Shown: positions 51,656 through 62,527 of the stretch, piece by piece
Numbering within the stretch: position 1 is the first letter of the stretch
Layout: each line of letters starts with the position of its first letter
Source: Octopus bimaculoides
Taxonomy: Eukaryota
Direction: 5' to 3'
DNA length: 62,527 nt
Assembly (NCBI RefSeq): GCF_001194135.2
Contig: NC_068981.1
Span: 147,339,339-147,401,865 of the forward strand
Notes under the pieces: model-generated
Database searches by the model: none
What the model saw: only the letters and a program-made list of their open reading frames with translations
What the model was told of the DNA's origin: nothing
Translations under genes and position numbers: made by a program

Positions 51656-52980
51656 GCATCTTATATATATAAGCAGTATCATTCATTTCCAATATTTGGT
51701 GAAAATATGGCTGGTCATGAGTGAATATTATCTTGCTTGGAAGCAGGTAAGGGTTGGCATCAGGGAAGGTACCTGGCTGCAGAAAATCTGCCTCAATAAA
51801 CTGACTCATGCAAGAATGAGTAGTCACTTAAGAGGTGATTATATACATATAAACTCTTGCTTGTATTTCAGTTCAGCAGGAAAATTTAATCCATTACTTA
51901 TAAATCTAATGCAAACTCTAGGAAGGAGACGAGTTTAATATACAAGTCTACAACATGGATACTAAAGAGATTTATTAAAGTAAGTAAAACATTTAAACTA
52001 CCCCGTTAAATAAAACACAAAATGACTGTCAGCTTGAGAAAATTAATTTCTTTGAAAAGTATATAAGCTGATAGCTGAGTAGATCTAAAGGCAATAACTA
52101 ACAGAATTAAATTTCGAAGGTATTAATGACTTGGTAAACATTGTAGAAAAAAGGTTTTTTAAAAAAACTTTTTGGCAAGGTGTAATACAAGAAAACAAAG
52201 AAGGTGTGTGTGTGTGTGTGTGTGTGTGTATGATATATATAAGATGTATTTAAAAGATATAAAATGTAAACTTTCTGCTGATAACTAAATACTGTTATGT
52301 CACTGTGACCTAACCTGTGCATTTGCTTCCATTTTACCATGAGCAAGAATAAACTTTCACACAGTCACACAAACCAAATTTATTTATTCAGATTTTAGAT
52401 CATATATCCACATCCTACAACAAGAGATTAAATTGACTGTTCATGGTAATATGTAAATAATGGGGTTTTACTGTCCAACCAGCAATATTTAGTGTTCCTT
52501 CAAACAGGAAAAAAGAAAAAGTATTGCAAATACATAAAAATATATCATATGTTAACTAAACAAATTGATTTCTATCTTGATCATTTATAACTTTAATGTA
52601 GTTAATCACAAAACATTAAAATGGATAGAGTAAAAAAAAAAAAAAGGAAAACAGAAATGAAATAATTTTGTTTATTTAAATATGCATTATTTATCGCGGA
52701 AATGTCATAATTGTTGGTATGTGTGTGTGGATGTATATGCATGTGTTCAGCAAATAAATGTGTTTCACAAAATCACATGCAGCTACATGCATCATTCATG
52801 TTCAGAAAGAACACAAATTCTTCAAATCATGAATGACATGCTAGTTAAAAAGTTTGTATGTCCAATACTTCATGATGAGTCCATTAAAAAGAATGAAATA
52901 TGTAGTTAAGACACAACCCTTCCCTTTATCATTGGCATAATGAAATGTAAAATGCAAAATCATAAAGAAAGGTTTAATAG

Positions 52981-53390
52981 ACTCTCTTACTCTTTACTCT
53001 TTTGTTTCAGTCATTTGACTGTGGTCATGCTGGAGCACCGCCTTTAGTCGAGCAAATCGACCCCTGGACTTATTCTTTGTAAGTCTAGTACTTATTCTCT
53101 TGGTCTCTTTTGCCGAACCACTAAGTTATGGGTACGTAAACACACCAGCATCGGATGTCAAGCGATGTTGGGGGGACAAACACAGACACACAAACATCTA
53201 CACACAAATATATATATATACATATATACGACGGGCTTCTTTCAGTTTCCGTCTACCAAATCCACTCACAAGGCTTTGGTCGGCCTGAGGCTATAGTAGA
53301 AGACACTTGCCCAAGGTGCCACGCAGTGGGACTGAACCCAGAACCATGTAGTTGGTAAGCAAGCTACTTACCACACAGCCACTTCTACGC
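52981..53390 (-). mobile_element. SINE family A (tRNA-like head, octopus OR-type), nearly complete and the least decayed copy
   Basis: The minus strand reads GGCTGTGTGGTAAGTAGCTTGC...GGTTCAGTCCCACTGCGTGGCACC (A-box/B-box-like), TTTGGTAGACGGAAACTGAAAGAAGCCC, a (TA/TG)n spacer, then CCAGCATGACCACAGTCAAATGACTGAAAC and an (AAAGAGT)n tail. Retains many CpG. Confidence 0.85.
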
Positions 53391-53414
53391 CTATGTAAAA
53401 TAAACAACAAATGT

Positions 53415-53636
53415 ATATTCTTTTCTACTCTAGGCACAAAGCCCGAAATTTTGGGGGAGGGGGCCAGTTGATTAGATTGACCCCAGTACACAACTGGTAC
53501 TTAATTTATTGACCTCGAAAGGATGAAAGGCTAAGCTGACCTCGGTAGAATTTGAACTCAGAACGTAAAGACAGACGAAATACCGTTAAGCATTTTGCCC
53601 CACATGCTAATGTTTCTGCCAGCTTGACACCTTACA
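53415..53636 (-). mobile_element. SINE family B copy directly adjacent to the family A copy at 52981-53390
   Basis: Full colinear match to 4995-5212. Confidence 0.85.
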
Positions 53637-53879
53637 ACAAATATATATTAAAACTTATTTAGTTCTACTATAGTATATATTGTTGGTTATGTGAGCTTCT
53701 GAATTATTTTATCAATGTAAAAAAAAAAAAATTAAGCAAATTTAAACTATATAAATATAAAATTCAAATTCTTGCTAGAATAAACCTCTAAAATTATTGT
53801 ACACCAAGCTAGAACGGCTAACAGATATTAAGGTAAAGGTGAGTCAAAGAACACTGTATGTGACTCAAGAAGTAAACAT

Positions 53880-54150
53880 CACCATCATTTAACGTCCCTT
53901 GTCCATGCTGGCATGGGTTGGATAGTCTGACCAGAGCTGGCAAGCTGGGGAGCAGCACAAGACTCCAGTCTGATTTGGTATGGTTTCTACTGCTGGGTGC
54001 CCTTCCTAATGACCACCATTTTACAGAGTGTGCTGGGTGCGTTTACACAGAATTGCATGGGCACTTTCATATGGCACCACATGGACACTTTTATGCAGCA
54101 CTGTATGGGTGATTTTACATGGGGTTGCAAGGGTGCTTTTACATGGCACT
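53880..54150 (-). mobile_element. Family C copy with a degenerate tandem head
   Basis: CATCATTTAACGTCCCTTGTCCATGCTGGCATGGGTTGG...GGTGCCCTTCCTAATG, then about 5 degenerate GGG(T/C)(G/A)CTTTTA(C/T)ATGGCAC units. Shorter C copies lie at about 30390-30560, 48712-48870 and 61945-62130 (all minus). Confidence 0.75.
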
Positions 54151-54210
54151 ACTACATTAGTGGAAACCAAGTTAATCCTTATGATGACAACCAGAGACCA
54201 TCTCCTAGAT

Positions 54211-54524
54211 TAGTGGTTCTCAAACAATTTTTATCTATGGACCCCTTTCATTACTATTTTATTCTGGCAGGCCCCCATAGTCATTTGATGTTTAAAAACT
54301 AGTTTTATACATACTTCCTTCAAAATTCCTATTAACATTTTTCAAAGTTCAACCTACACAAGTTAGAGTAAGAAACCTGGATGTTTCTTGCAATAAATAC
54401 ATCTAATACAAAATTTTTCACAAACCCCTTGTGGATCCCCAATTTACTATTTTGCTTGCATGGACCCCACAAAAATCTTATATGGACTCCCAGGGTTCAT
54501 ATGGACCCCAGTTAACAACCATTA
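54211..54524. mobile_element. hAT (Charlie-like) MITE, about 314 bp
   Basis: Starts TAGTGGTTCTCAAAC and ends GTTAACAACCATTA (decayed CAGTGGTTCTCAA-type TIR). The 8-bp flanks TCCTAGAT and GCCAAGAT are 6/8 identical. Internal subterminal TGGACCCC repeats. Confidence 0.65.
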
Positions 54525-55695
54525 GCCAAGATCTTTGATAGTGCTCATATTTGAATTAAAATTAGCCATTATGATTTAAAATAAGAACCATCTGGGATAG
54601 AATCAAACCATTAGTTCTGACCCAAATGCCAATTTGTATATCAAAAATTAAAAAAATTAATTATTTTACTAAAAACCTTGATAATTTCCAAAATTAATTC
54701 AAAAAATATATTTCACTAGAAATATGGCCATGAAAGGATTGAGCCAGACAATAAGAGTACAACTTTGAGGGGATAAGGAAGATAGGCCAGTTATTTGACC
54801 TTCATATGTCCATCTAACCAACAACTGTGTTGGAAAGTTCAGTAAGAAACATCAAGAGAAATATTTATATATCATTAATAAAACTTAAAAATTATCTACA
54901 GCTAAACTTCTCACAGCAATCATGGTTTTCTCAATAATGCTTCAATTGGTGGAGGAGGGAAGTACCAGATGGACTGGCTAAGAAGACACTATTTGAAACT
55001 ACAACTGAAACAATGGCAGTTCATTACATCTTTATTAACAGATACAGCCTGTCTCACTGTGCATGTGCTGCAGAGTATGGACTTGAAACCAGCACGTGAG
55101 TCATTCTTTGGCATGCTGAGATACACTGTAAACAATCCATGCCATCAGCATTACTTCCTGCTGATATAATATATATTAGATGATATAATATATATTAGAT
55201 AGCATGTATTTTCTTTTCTTCTCTTAAATAGCATAAAAAAATTAAAATGTGAAGCAGCAAGCATGTAAATTATACTTTGCACAGTTAAAAATATATATAT
55301 AAAAAATAAAACTCAAATGTGGAATGAAAACACTGACTGAATCACATGGCTAAATGTACAGATACAGCTCTGTTTACCAATGTAAATGTAATTCCAGTGT
55401 ACTGTATAGTTATACAGGATGCTGTGAGTATATTATTTTTAGATTTAGAATATAATACTCAGACTTCATGACAAGAAGTTTTCAGCTTCCTTCCTGTTTG
55501 AAATCTCAAGTAGAGATTTTTCAGATAGACATTGGCTAAATATAGGATACACTATTCTTTACACTGGAACTCCAGTGATCTATAAAGGTTCCTATAATTA
55601 TGAATTTGACTAGCGCTGGTAAATCTTGTAATAGTTAAAGAAACCAAGGAAGCAAGAAAGTTCTAACTTTTGTAAATTAGGACTAAAATTTTTGA

Positions 55696-55749
<54 letters not shown>

Positions 55750-55757
<8 letters not shown>

Positions 55758-55970
55758 CTTTGTGTCTGTTCCCCACAACCACTTGACAACCAGAGTTGGT
55801 GTGCTTATGTTCCTTTGTAACTTAGCAATTCAGCAAAACAGATTGACAGAAAAAGTACCAGGCTTAAACAAAATAAGCAACAAGAATGATTTGTTTGACT
55901 AAAATTCTTCAAGGTGGTGCCCCAGCATGGCTGTAATCTAATGACTGAAACAAATAAAAGATAAGATATA
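55750..55970 (+). mobile_element. SINE family A 3' half following a (TG)n tract
   Basis: CACTTGACAACCAGAGTTGGTGTG and GGTGGTGCCCCAGCATGGCTGTAATCTAATGACTGAAACAAATAAAAGA. Confidence 0.75.
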
Positions 55971-56628
55971 TATACTTCATTGGTAATCATGTAAGCTGAT
56001 CAAAGTGGAGGATGAACTTCTATTGAAGTGAATCTTAATGTTAGATGACTACAGTTATTTTGATTCTTTTGGTGTCATTTAGAAAATACAGAGAAGGAAC
56101 AATAACTTGATTTTTTAAACCACAGGAGAGCTAATGAGAACTTAATAGATAAATTGTAAAGAATTTCTTGGCATTTTTAAGGTTGAGTATAGCATATTAG
56201 AGACTAACTAGTTGGGTGATGTGTTAAATGGGAGTCATATAAACGTCTACAAAAGTAAAATACTTTTGTATCCAAACACACCATTTATCTAACATCAAAG
56301 CATAACAATGTACAATGGAGTAAAACTGTCAAAGTAAGTTGTGAGACCAATACAGTCTATGTTGAATAAGACAAGACTCAGTACTCAGTCCTGGGGCACT
56401 CAATGTAACAACTCTGATCTTACTACTCTTTGATTATAATCTTTTATAAGGTTTGAACAACTGAAGACAAAAAACTAAGATGACCTGAATGTGCTAAACC
56501 TCTAAGAGAATCCACGATCCATTGTACCAAATACCTCAGATGTACTAGCAGCAGATCTGAATAGAAATTATTATAGACGTTCCTGTGAATAACATTTCAG
56601 TCTGCACAGTCAGATCTTTCACGCACGC

Positions 56629-56662
<34 letters not shown>

Positions 56663-57529
56663 GTATTCCAGTTACCTTGGAGATAACTATTTTTATAGAT
56701 GAGAGGATCAGCATTATGACAAACTATAACCTTTTCAGCAAGCTTGTTCAAGACAGACAGAATTTCAGGGTTGAGAGAGATCCTTTTTACAATAAGAGTG
56801 ATGTTCAGTTTTTCTTGAGGCACTTCTTAAGGATGGACAATATATCAGAGAGGTGGTTTAAAATACAATACTATAAATAGTTTTAAAAACAAATTGTAAA
56901 AAGAATTTTCCATAATTATTGCTTAGTCAATGGTGTAAAGATATTTATAATGTACCAAAGACAATCTTATAACATGGAAGATTAGAAACATAATAGAAAT
57001 GAGTGATTATGTGTTTTTCTAAATTTTCTTTTTTACATTTTCTATGAATGAACAAACAGTTAAAATTTTTGCTAAATCTGGATGCATAAAAGTATTACGT
57101 ATTTTTGTTGAATATCGATGATGTAATTTTTAAAATTTAAAATAAGTTTCCTGTGTTTCAATAGCTACCATAGCATAATCCTTTGTTTGGTCAATACTAT
57201 TTATTTTTCTTTCCTGAAAACTTTTTTCTTGTATAGTTTTCTCATTTTCTGACCATTTGACTTTGACCATTGTTCAAGCAGAGACTTTCTTCTGTTAAAT
57301 ATGAAATTTGTGCAAGAGTAGTTTAGGGTTCTGCATATATAATTAAATAGTGAATTCATCATTTGCTGCAGTTACCTCTCCCCATCTCTAAGCATCTCAC
57401 TCTCTCATATAACAGCCCCCTTGATCCTCTTTGTACCACTTACATTCACCACCCCCATACACTGTACCTTGTGGGTATGTCATGAAACATCTCCACCATC
57501 ATCAATAACCCTTTCTGTCTCTCTATCTT

Positions 57530-57905
57530 ACTTTCTAACTATCTCTCTTTCCTCTCCTTTTTTTCCTACTGGAACAGCCAAATATCTCCTCTACAGTAAG
57601 ACACCCATCTCTATACCCCCATTATACTTTAACTCCTCAACCAGCACTCTAGAACAAAATCACCTCCCTCAGCACCACTCTCTTTCCCAGTTGAGGGACC
57701 CCACTGGTGCTGGTGCCACCATAAAAAGCACCTGTGCTGGTGCCACATAAAAAACACCCAGTACACTCTGTAAAGTGGTTGGTGTTAGGAAGGGCATTCT
57801 GCCAAAGCACACAATGTAGCTTGGTGTAGTTCTATGGCTTGCCAGCTCCTATCAAATCATCCAACCCATGCCAGCATAAGAAAACATGTTAAATGATGAT
57901 GATGA
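57530..57905 (+). mobile_element. Family C copy with a pyrimidine-rich 5' extension
   Basis: CCTACTGGAACAGCCAAATATCTCCTCTACAGTAAGACAC is homologous to 60550-60590. Followed by two 26-bp units, AGGAAGGGCAT and a (GAT)n tail. Confidence 0.7.
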
Positions 57906-57989
57906 GTGAATAAACTAAGAATTATATGGATGTAGGGCAACAGAAACTCAGAAACCCTGTGCTAAGAGGCAGTTAAAAACTTTGATAAC

Positions 57990-58370
57990 TGTCATCATCA
58001 TCATTGTTGAACATCCACTTTTCATGCTTGCATAAGTGTCAGATGGAATTTGTTGAGGTAGATTTTCCATAGTCAAATGTTCTTTGTGTCACCAACCTTC
58101 ATCTGTTTCCAAGTAAGGCAATATTTCCCCATTGCCAGGCATATTGTACATGGAAGATTGGAAGCAAACAGCATCACTTGTGTGACAGTGATGCTCACTT
58201 ACAATCATCACAGGATGTCAAGACAAACACCCACATACACAACAAGCTTCATCCAGTTTTTGTCTACCAAATTCACTCACAAAGTTTTTGCTGGACTAGG
58301 GCTGTGATAGAAGACACTTGCTCAAGGTGTTATGTAGCTAGACTAAACCAGAGACCATATGGTTAGCAAA
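57990..58370 (-). mobile_element. A/E-type SINE copy
   Basis: (CAT)n tail, CATCCACTTTTCATGCTTGC, TTTCCAAGTAAGGCAATATTTCCCCATTGCCAG, then A head TTTGTCTACCAAATTCACTCAC. Confidence 0.7.
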
Positions 58371-58889
58371 AAGCCTTTTAATATATCAAATATTTAAGTA
58401 CATCTGAATTGAAGGACAAACTTAGACAAAAAAAAAAAAAAATCTATTTTTAATTAATATAAATGTGGTGGAGAAGGTTGTCCCCCACCCCACCTGCCTT
58501 TCTTGACTAGAGTTAGTCATTAAGATAATGATTGGCAATTTTCACTTAGATTGTAATTTTAATTGAAATCTCTTGGCTTACTACATTACGTCTACTAATG
58601 TCTACTTTACTAATTATTATCAGCTTATATTATAAGACATTTGAATATGTTTATTCTGTCTATGTAGATACAACTGCCTACAGTTTTACTATTTTTTAAA
58701 ATTTTATTTTATTTTTATTATTTCTAAGACTGTGATATCTTCTCACTTCTATATTTTCCTCTTCACCCATGATTTCCCTAATAAGAACGTCTTTAGCATT
58801 GATGGTATACATACATTTTCTGCTTTTAACTTTTCTTTTAATTGTACTGTTTTCCAAAGTGAAAAAAATATATTTCAGCTGTATACCTT

Positions 58890-59079
58890 TTACTTATTTC
58901 AGTCATTAGATAGTGGCCATGCTGGGGCACCGACATAAAGAATCCTTAGCCAAATGAATTGACCCCAGTTCTTAATTTTGTTAAGCCTGGTACTTATTCT
59001 ATCGGCCTCTTTTGCTGAACCACTAAGTTACAGTGATGCAAGTGCACCAACACTAGTTGCCAAGCGACAGCTGGGGACA

Positions 59080-59116
<37 letters not shown>

Positions 59117-59270
59117 CAGGCTTCTTTCAGTTTCTGTTTACCAAATCCACTCACAAGGCTTTGGTCGGCCTGAGGTTATAGTAGAAGACACTTGCCCTAG
59201 GTGCCACGCAGTGAGACTGAACCTGGAATCATGTGTTTGGGAAGCAAGCTTCTTACCTCACAGCCATGCC
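58890..59270 (-). mobile_element. SINE family A copy
   Basis: Full colinear match to 52981-53390, with a (CA)n spacer. Confidence 0.85.
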
Positions 59271-59710
59271 CTTTTTGGTAGCGATACTTCAAGAAACCCC
59301 TTTCTCTAGAGAGGTGGTTAGTATAAGAAACAGACTGAGGTAGGAATTTTTTAAGGAGGCTGTGATATGTATTGGCAGAATTTCAGTTACAAACATACCC
59401 ATTATCTGTGTATGTGTGTATTATATTAATATTATAATAGGGATATAAATAAGAGGCATCTGAAATTCAAAAATATAGTGGTGTGGTGTGAAAGTTGATC
59501 ACAAAAACTGTCACATTACATTTAAGTACAGCTGAGTTGTTGGGGCATGTGTGGAAAATGTGACTAAAACAATATAAAGGGAAATGTCAGAAACATTTAG
59601 ACAGGTCAAAATTTAGCAAACTAAAGTGAGCTGATATCTCAGAATACAACAACTAAGGGAAATTTTAAGATTTTGTAACATACTGGCTGTTGACATGTTT
59701 TATAGGTACA

Positions 59711-59785
59711 AGCATGGCTGTGTTGTAAGAAGCTTGCTTCCCAATCACATGGTTCCAGGTTCAGTAGATGGAAACTGAAAGAAGC

Positions 59786-59823
<38 letters not shown>

Positions 59824-60410
59824 TATAATGTATATGTTTGTCTGTCTGTCTGTTTGTCCCCACCACTGTCACTTGGCAACTGATGCTGGTGTGTTTATGT
59901 CCCTGTAACTTATTTTTCAGCAAAGAGACTGATGCAATAAGTACTAGGCTTTTAAAACAAATATGTCCTGGGTTCAATTTCATCATCATCATCATCCTCC
60001 TCCTTTAACGTCCATTTTCCATGCTGGCATGGGCTGGACAGTTTGACTGAGGTCTGGAAAGCCAGCTGCTGCACCAAGCTCCAATCTGATCTGGCAAGGT
60101 TTCTACAGATGGATGCTCTTCCTAATGCCAACCACTTCAAGAGTGTGGTGGGTGCTTTTTATGTGCCACCAGCACAGGAGCCAATCAGGCAGCTCTGGCA
60201 TCAATTACATTCGGATAGTGCTTTTTACACGCCACTAGCATGGGAGCCAGTCATGGGGCATTGGCATCAACTATGTTCAGATCGTGCCTATTATGTACCA
60301 CTGGCATGGGTGCCAGTCAAGGGCAATTTGTTCAACTAAAACCCTTCAAGGTGGTGCCCCACCATGGCTGCAGTCAAATGACTGAAATGAATAAAAGATA
60401 AAAGGATAAA
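59711..60410 (+). mobile_element. SINE family A copy interrupted by a family C insertion (59981-60323)
   Basis: The family A sequence stops at GTCCTGGGTTCAATTT and resumes CAATTTGTTCAACTAAAACCCTTCAAGGTGGTGCC. Confidence 0.85.
59981..60323 (-). mobile_element. Family C copy with 6-bp TSD (CAATTT) and 66-bp internal repeats
   Basis: (CAT)n tail at 59981; CAATTT at 59975-59980 and 60324-60329; GTGCYTWTT recurs at 60152, 60218 and 60284. Confidence 0.85.
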
Positions 60411-60519
60411 TAAGGCGATGTCACAAGAGTGATCAAGTTTTTTCTAAACTTCAACATTCAGATTACTATCAAATGTAATGCTTGTTTAATTACACTATTT
60501 TAGTACCTCCTCTGTAGCA

Positions 60520-60895
60520 AGATAATTCTCTCTCTCTCTACTTTCTTGTCCTACTGGTGTAGCCAAGTGTCTCCTCTGAAGTAAGACAGCTATCCCTGAC
60601 CTTCTACCATACTCCAACATCTTGCCTGGCAGACAGCCATTTGGCGACTCAGTGGATACTGGTGACACGTGAAAAGCATCCATGCCAGCGCCACATAAAA
60701 AGGCACCTGTGCTGGTGCCACATAAATGCACCCATGCTGGCACCATGTAAAAGCACCCGTTACACTCTGTAAAGTGGTTGGTGTTAGGAAGGGCACTCAG
60801 CCATAGAAACCATGCCAAAACACAAGACTGCTAGCTCTAGTCCAACAGTCTAACCTGTACATGCATGGAGAACAGATGTTAAATGATGATGATTT
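60520..60895 (+). mobile_element. Family C copy with 5' extension and about 4 tandem 26-bp units
   Basis: Same layout as 57530-57905. Confidence 0.75.
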
Positions 60896-62527
60896 AAATT
60901 TATCTACATTATCAAGTATTTTAAAGATTTTGATGACATGATTGTTAATTTTTAGAATGACATTGTATGCTAGGTGTGAGAGGCCAAATCAGGCTAGTTC
61001 AAACATAAAACAAGAAGAATATTTGGACTGGTTATGGTCAGTTTAAATGCTTAAGGGGTCAAGGTTTAAGGATATATACTTTTTTATCTATTAACACTTT
61101 GAAATACTTGGTTGTGAATTTAACAAGCTATTTTCTTTTTTCTGTAGTAAAAGTCACAACTGAAGAGATGTATAACATTATTGACTATTCACATGTCACA
61201 TAGTTCTTTCTATTATGAAGATGAAACCTAGATTACTAAGAGGCAAGGTTAATTTACATGGCATTGACAAAGTTCACCAATTACTGTTAGTTATAAATTT
61301 TTATCAGATATGCGTGTCCATTCAAAAAAAAAAAAAAACAAGACAAACATGCAACTAGAAAAGTGAGAAATAAAGAGGAAGTGTTGACAAAAGAACATGC
61401 TGAGAGAGAGAGAGAGGGGGGGGGTGAGGAGACACTATTGCGAGCATGACCAAATGGAAGTAGATGACATTTCACATGTCTGACAAATTGGAGAAAACAA
61501 GGTTTTGTTTATGTAATACTGATATTTTTTTTTGTCGTTGGTGTTATATCATGTTGGTTATACATATTAGATATACAGATTTAAGATCAGCATATGTATG
61601 TTGGGACTGATAAAAAAAAAAAAAGTTGCTCCACATATATATAATTTGTCTGTTACTGAGATATTGTTATTGCTGTAATGTTATTTTGAGAGTTATATGC
61701 TAAATGTATCTTAGGGGAAAAAAATAAAGGAAATAATTTTGGTTTATTGCTGATCAGTGCGAACAGTGACACTTTAAATCTAGTTGAATACAAGAGGGAA
61801 TAGCATATTGAACACACAATTTGACCTAATGATGCCAACTAACTCCAGTATGGAGGTAACCAAAGCATGAATGAAGATTTTATAAGATAGCAATTATTAG
61901 ATGTGACAAATGCTTTCAAGGTAACAAAAAAATTGCAGCAGTATCATCATCATCATTTAAGAACTGCTTTCTATGCTATCAGGGATTAGATGGTTTAACA
62001 GGGTCTGGAAAACCACAGGGCTGTGTCACCTTTAATGTTAGCTTGGCATGGTTTCTATGGCTGAATGCCCTTCTTCATGCTAACCACTTTACAATGTGTA
62101 CTGGGTGCTTTTTTTGTGTCACTGACACTAGTGTGATTGCAAAATAACTTGCAAGACAAGAACAGTATGAGTCTTTTCAATATTCTTTGCATCTCTAATC
62201 CCTTCTCTGCTGACATACTACGACGAAGTATCCAAGATGCAGATAAGATAGAGATTTTTATTTATTTACGGCCTCAAACATCTCATACCTTCGCGCTTTA
62301 GTCTGCCCCCTATTATTTATCTTGTTTCTCTCCATGAAATTCAATTGAATTCAGTTGTTGTCTTAAATTCATACTTATTCATTTTCTAAGCTTCCTAAAT
62401 TCATGCTACGTTATATTCTATTCACCTAGAATTCATTGCTCCTTTAAAAATTACGATTTATGCATTGTTGTCTCTCAAATATTTAAAATCTACAATTAAG
62501 AGCCCTATCTACTCGCTGACGGTACCT

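Noticed and set aside
53300-53390. tRNA genes at SINE heads
   Set aside because: Only A/B-box-like remnants within SINE copies; no complete cloverleaf or terminator.
55058-55125. 68-bp minus-strand segment with ttgtttacag acceptor and gtgaga donor
   Set aside because: Two frames are open but neither peptide is recognisable and no partner exon exists; insufficient support.

Overview
AT-rich eukaryotic genomic DNA with N gaps and dense microsatellites. The SINE families look like those of octopus (inference; no search run). The only host coding sequence I can support is three internal minus-strand exons of ZMYND19/MIZIP (13900-13794, 10047-9843, 7039-6976), which splice in frame through GT-AG introns. 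I could not find the two expected N-terminal exons or the C-terminal MYND exon(s). The rest is intron/intergenic DNA filled with decayed mobile elements: a Tc1 end, a near-complete mariner, a Buster/Charlie hAT fossil plus a hAT MITE, a Merlin-like element with an internal inverted duplication, a non-autonomous Helitron, LINE 3' fragments, about 35-40 SINE copies from at least three families, two fold-back elements, and two hammerhead-ribozyme-like relics. There is no CRISPR array, rRNA or bona fide tRNA gene, and I found no evidence of a new multi-gene system. The most unusual items are structural: long hairpins, a nested and rearranged Merlin element, hammerhead relics, and an in-frame alternative donor. 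SINE boundaries are read by eye and approximate (about +/-20 bp).
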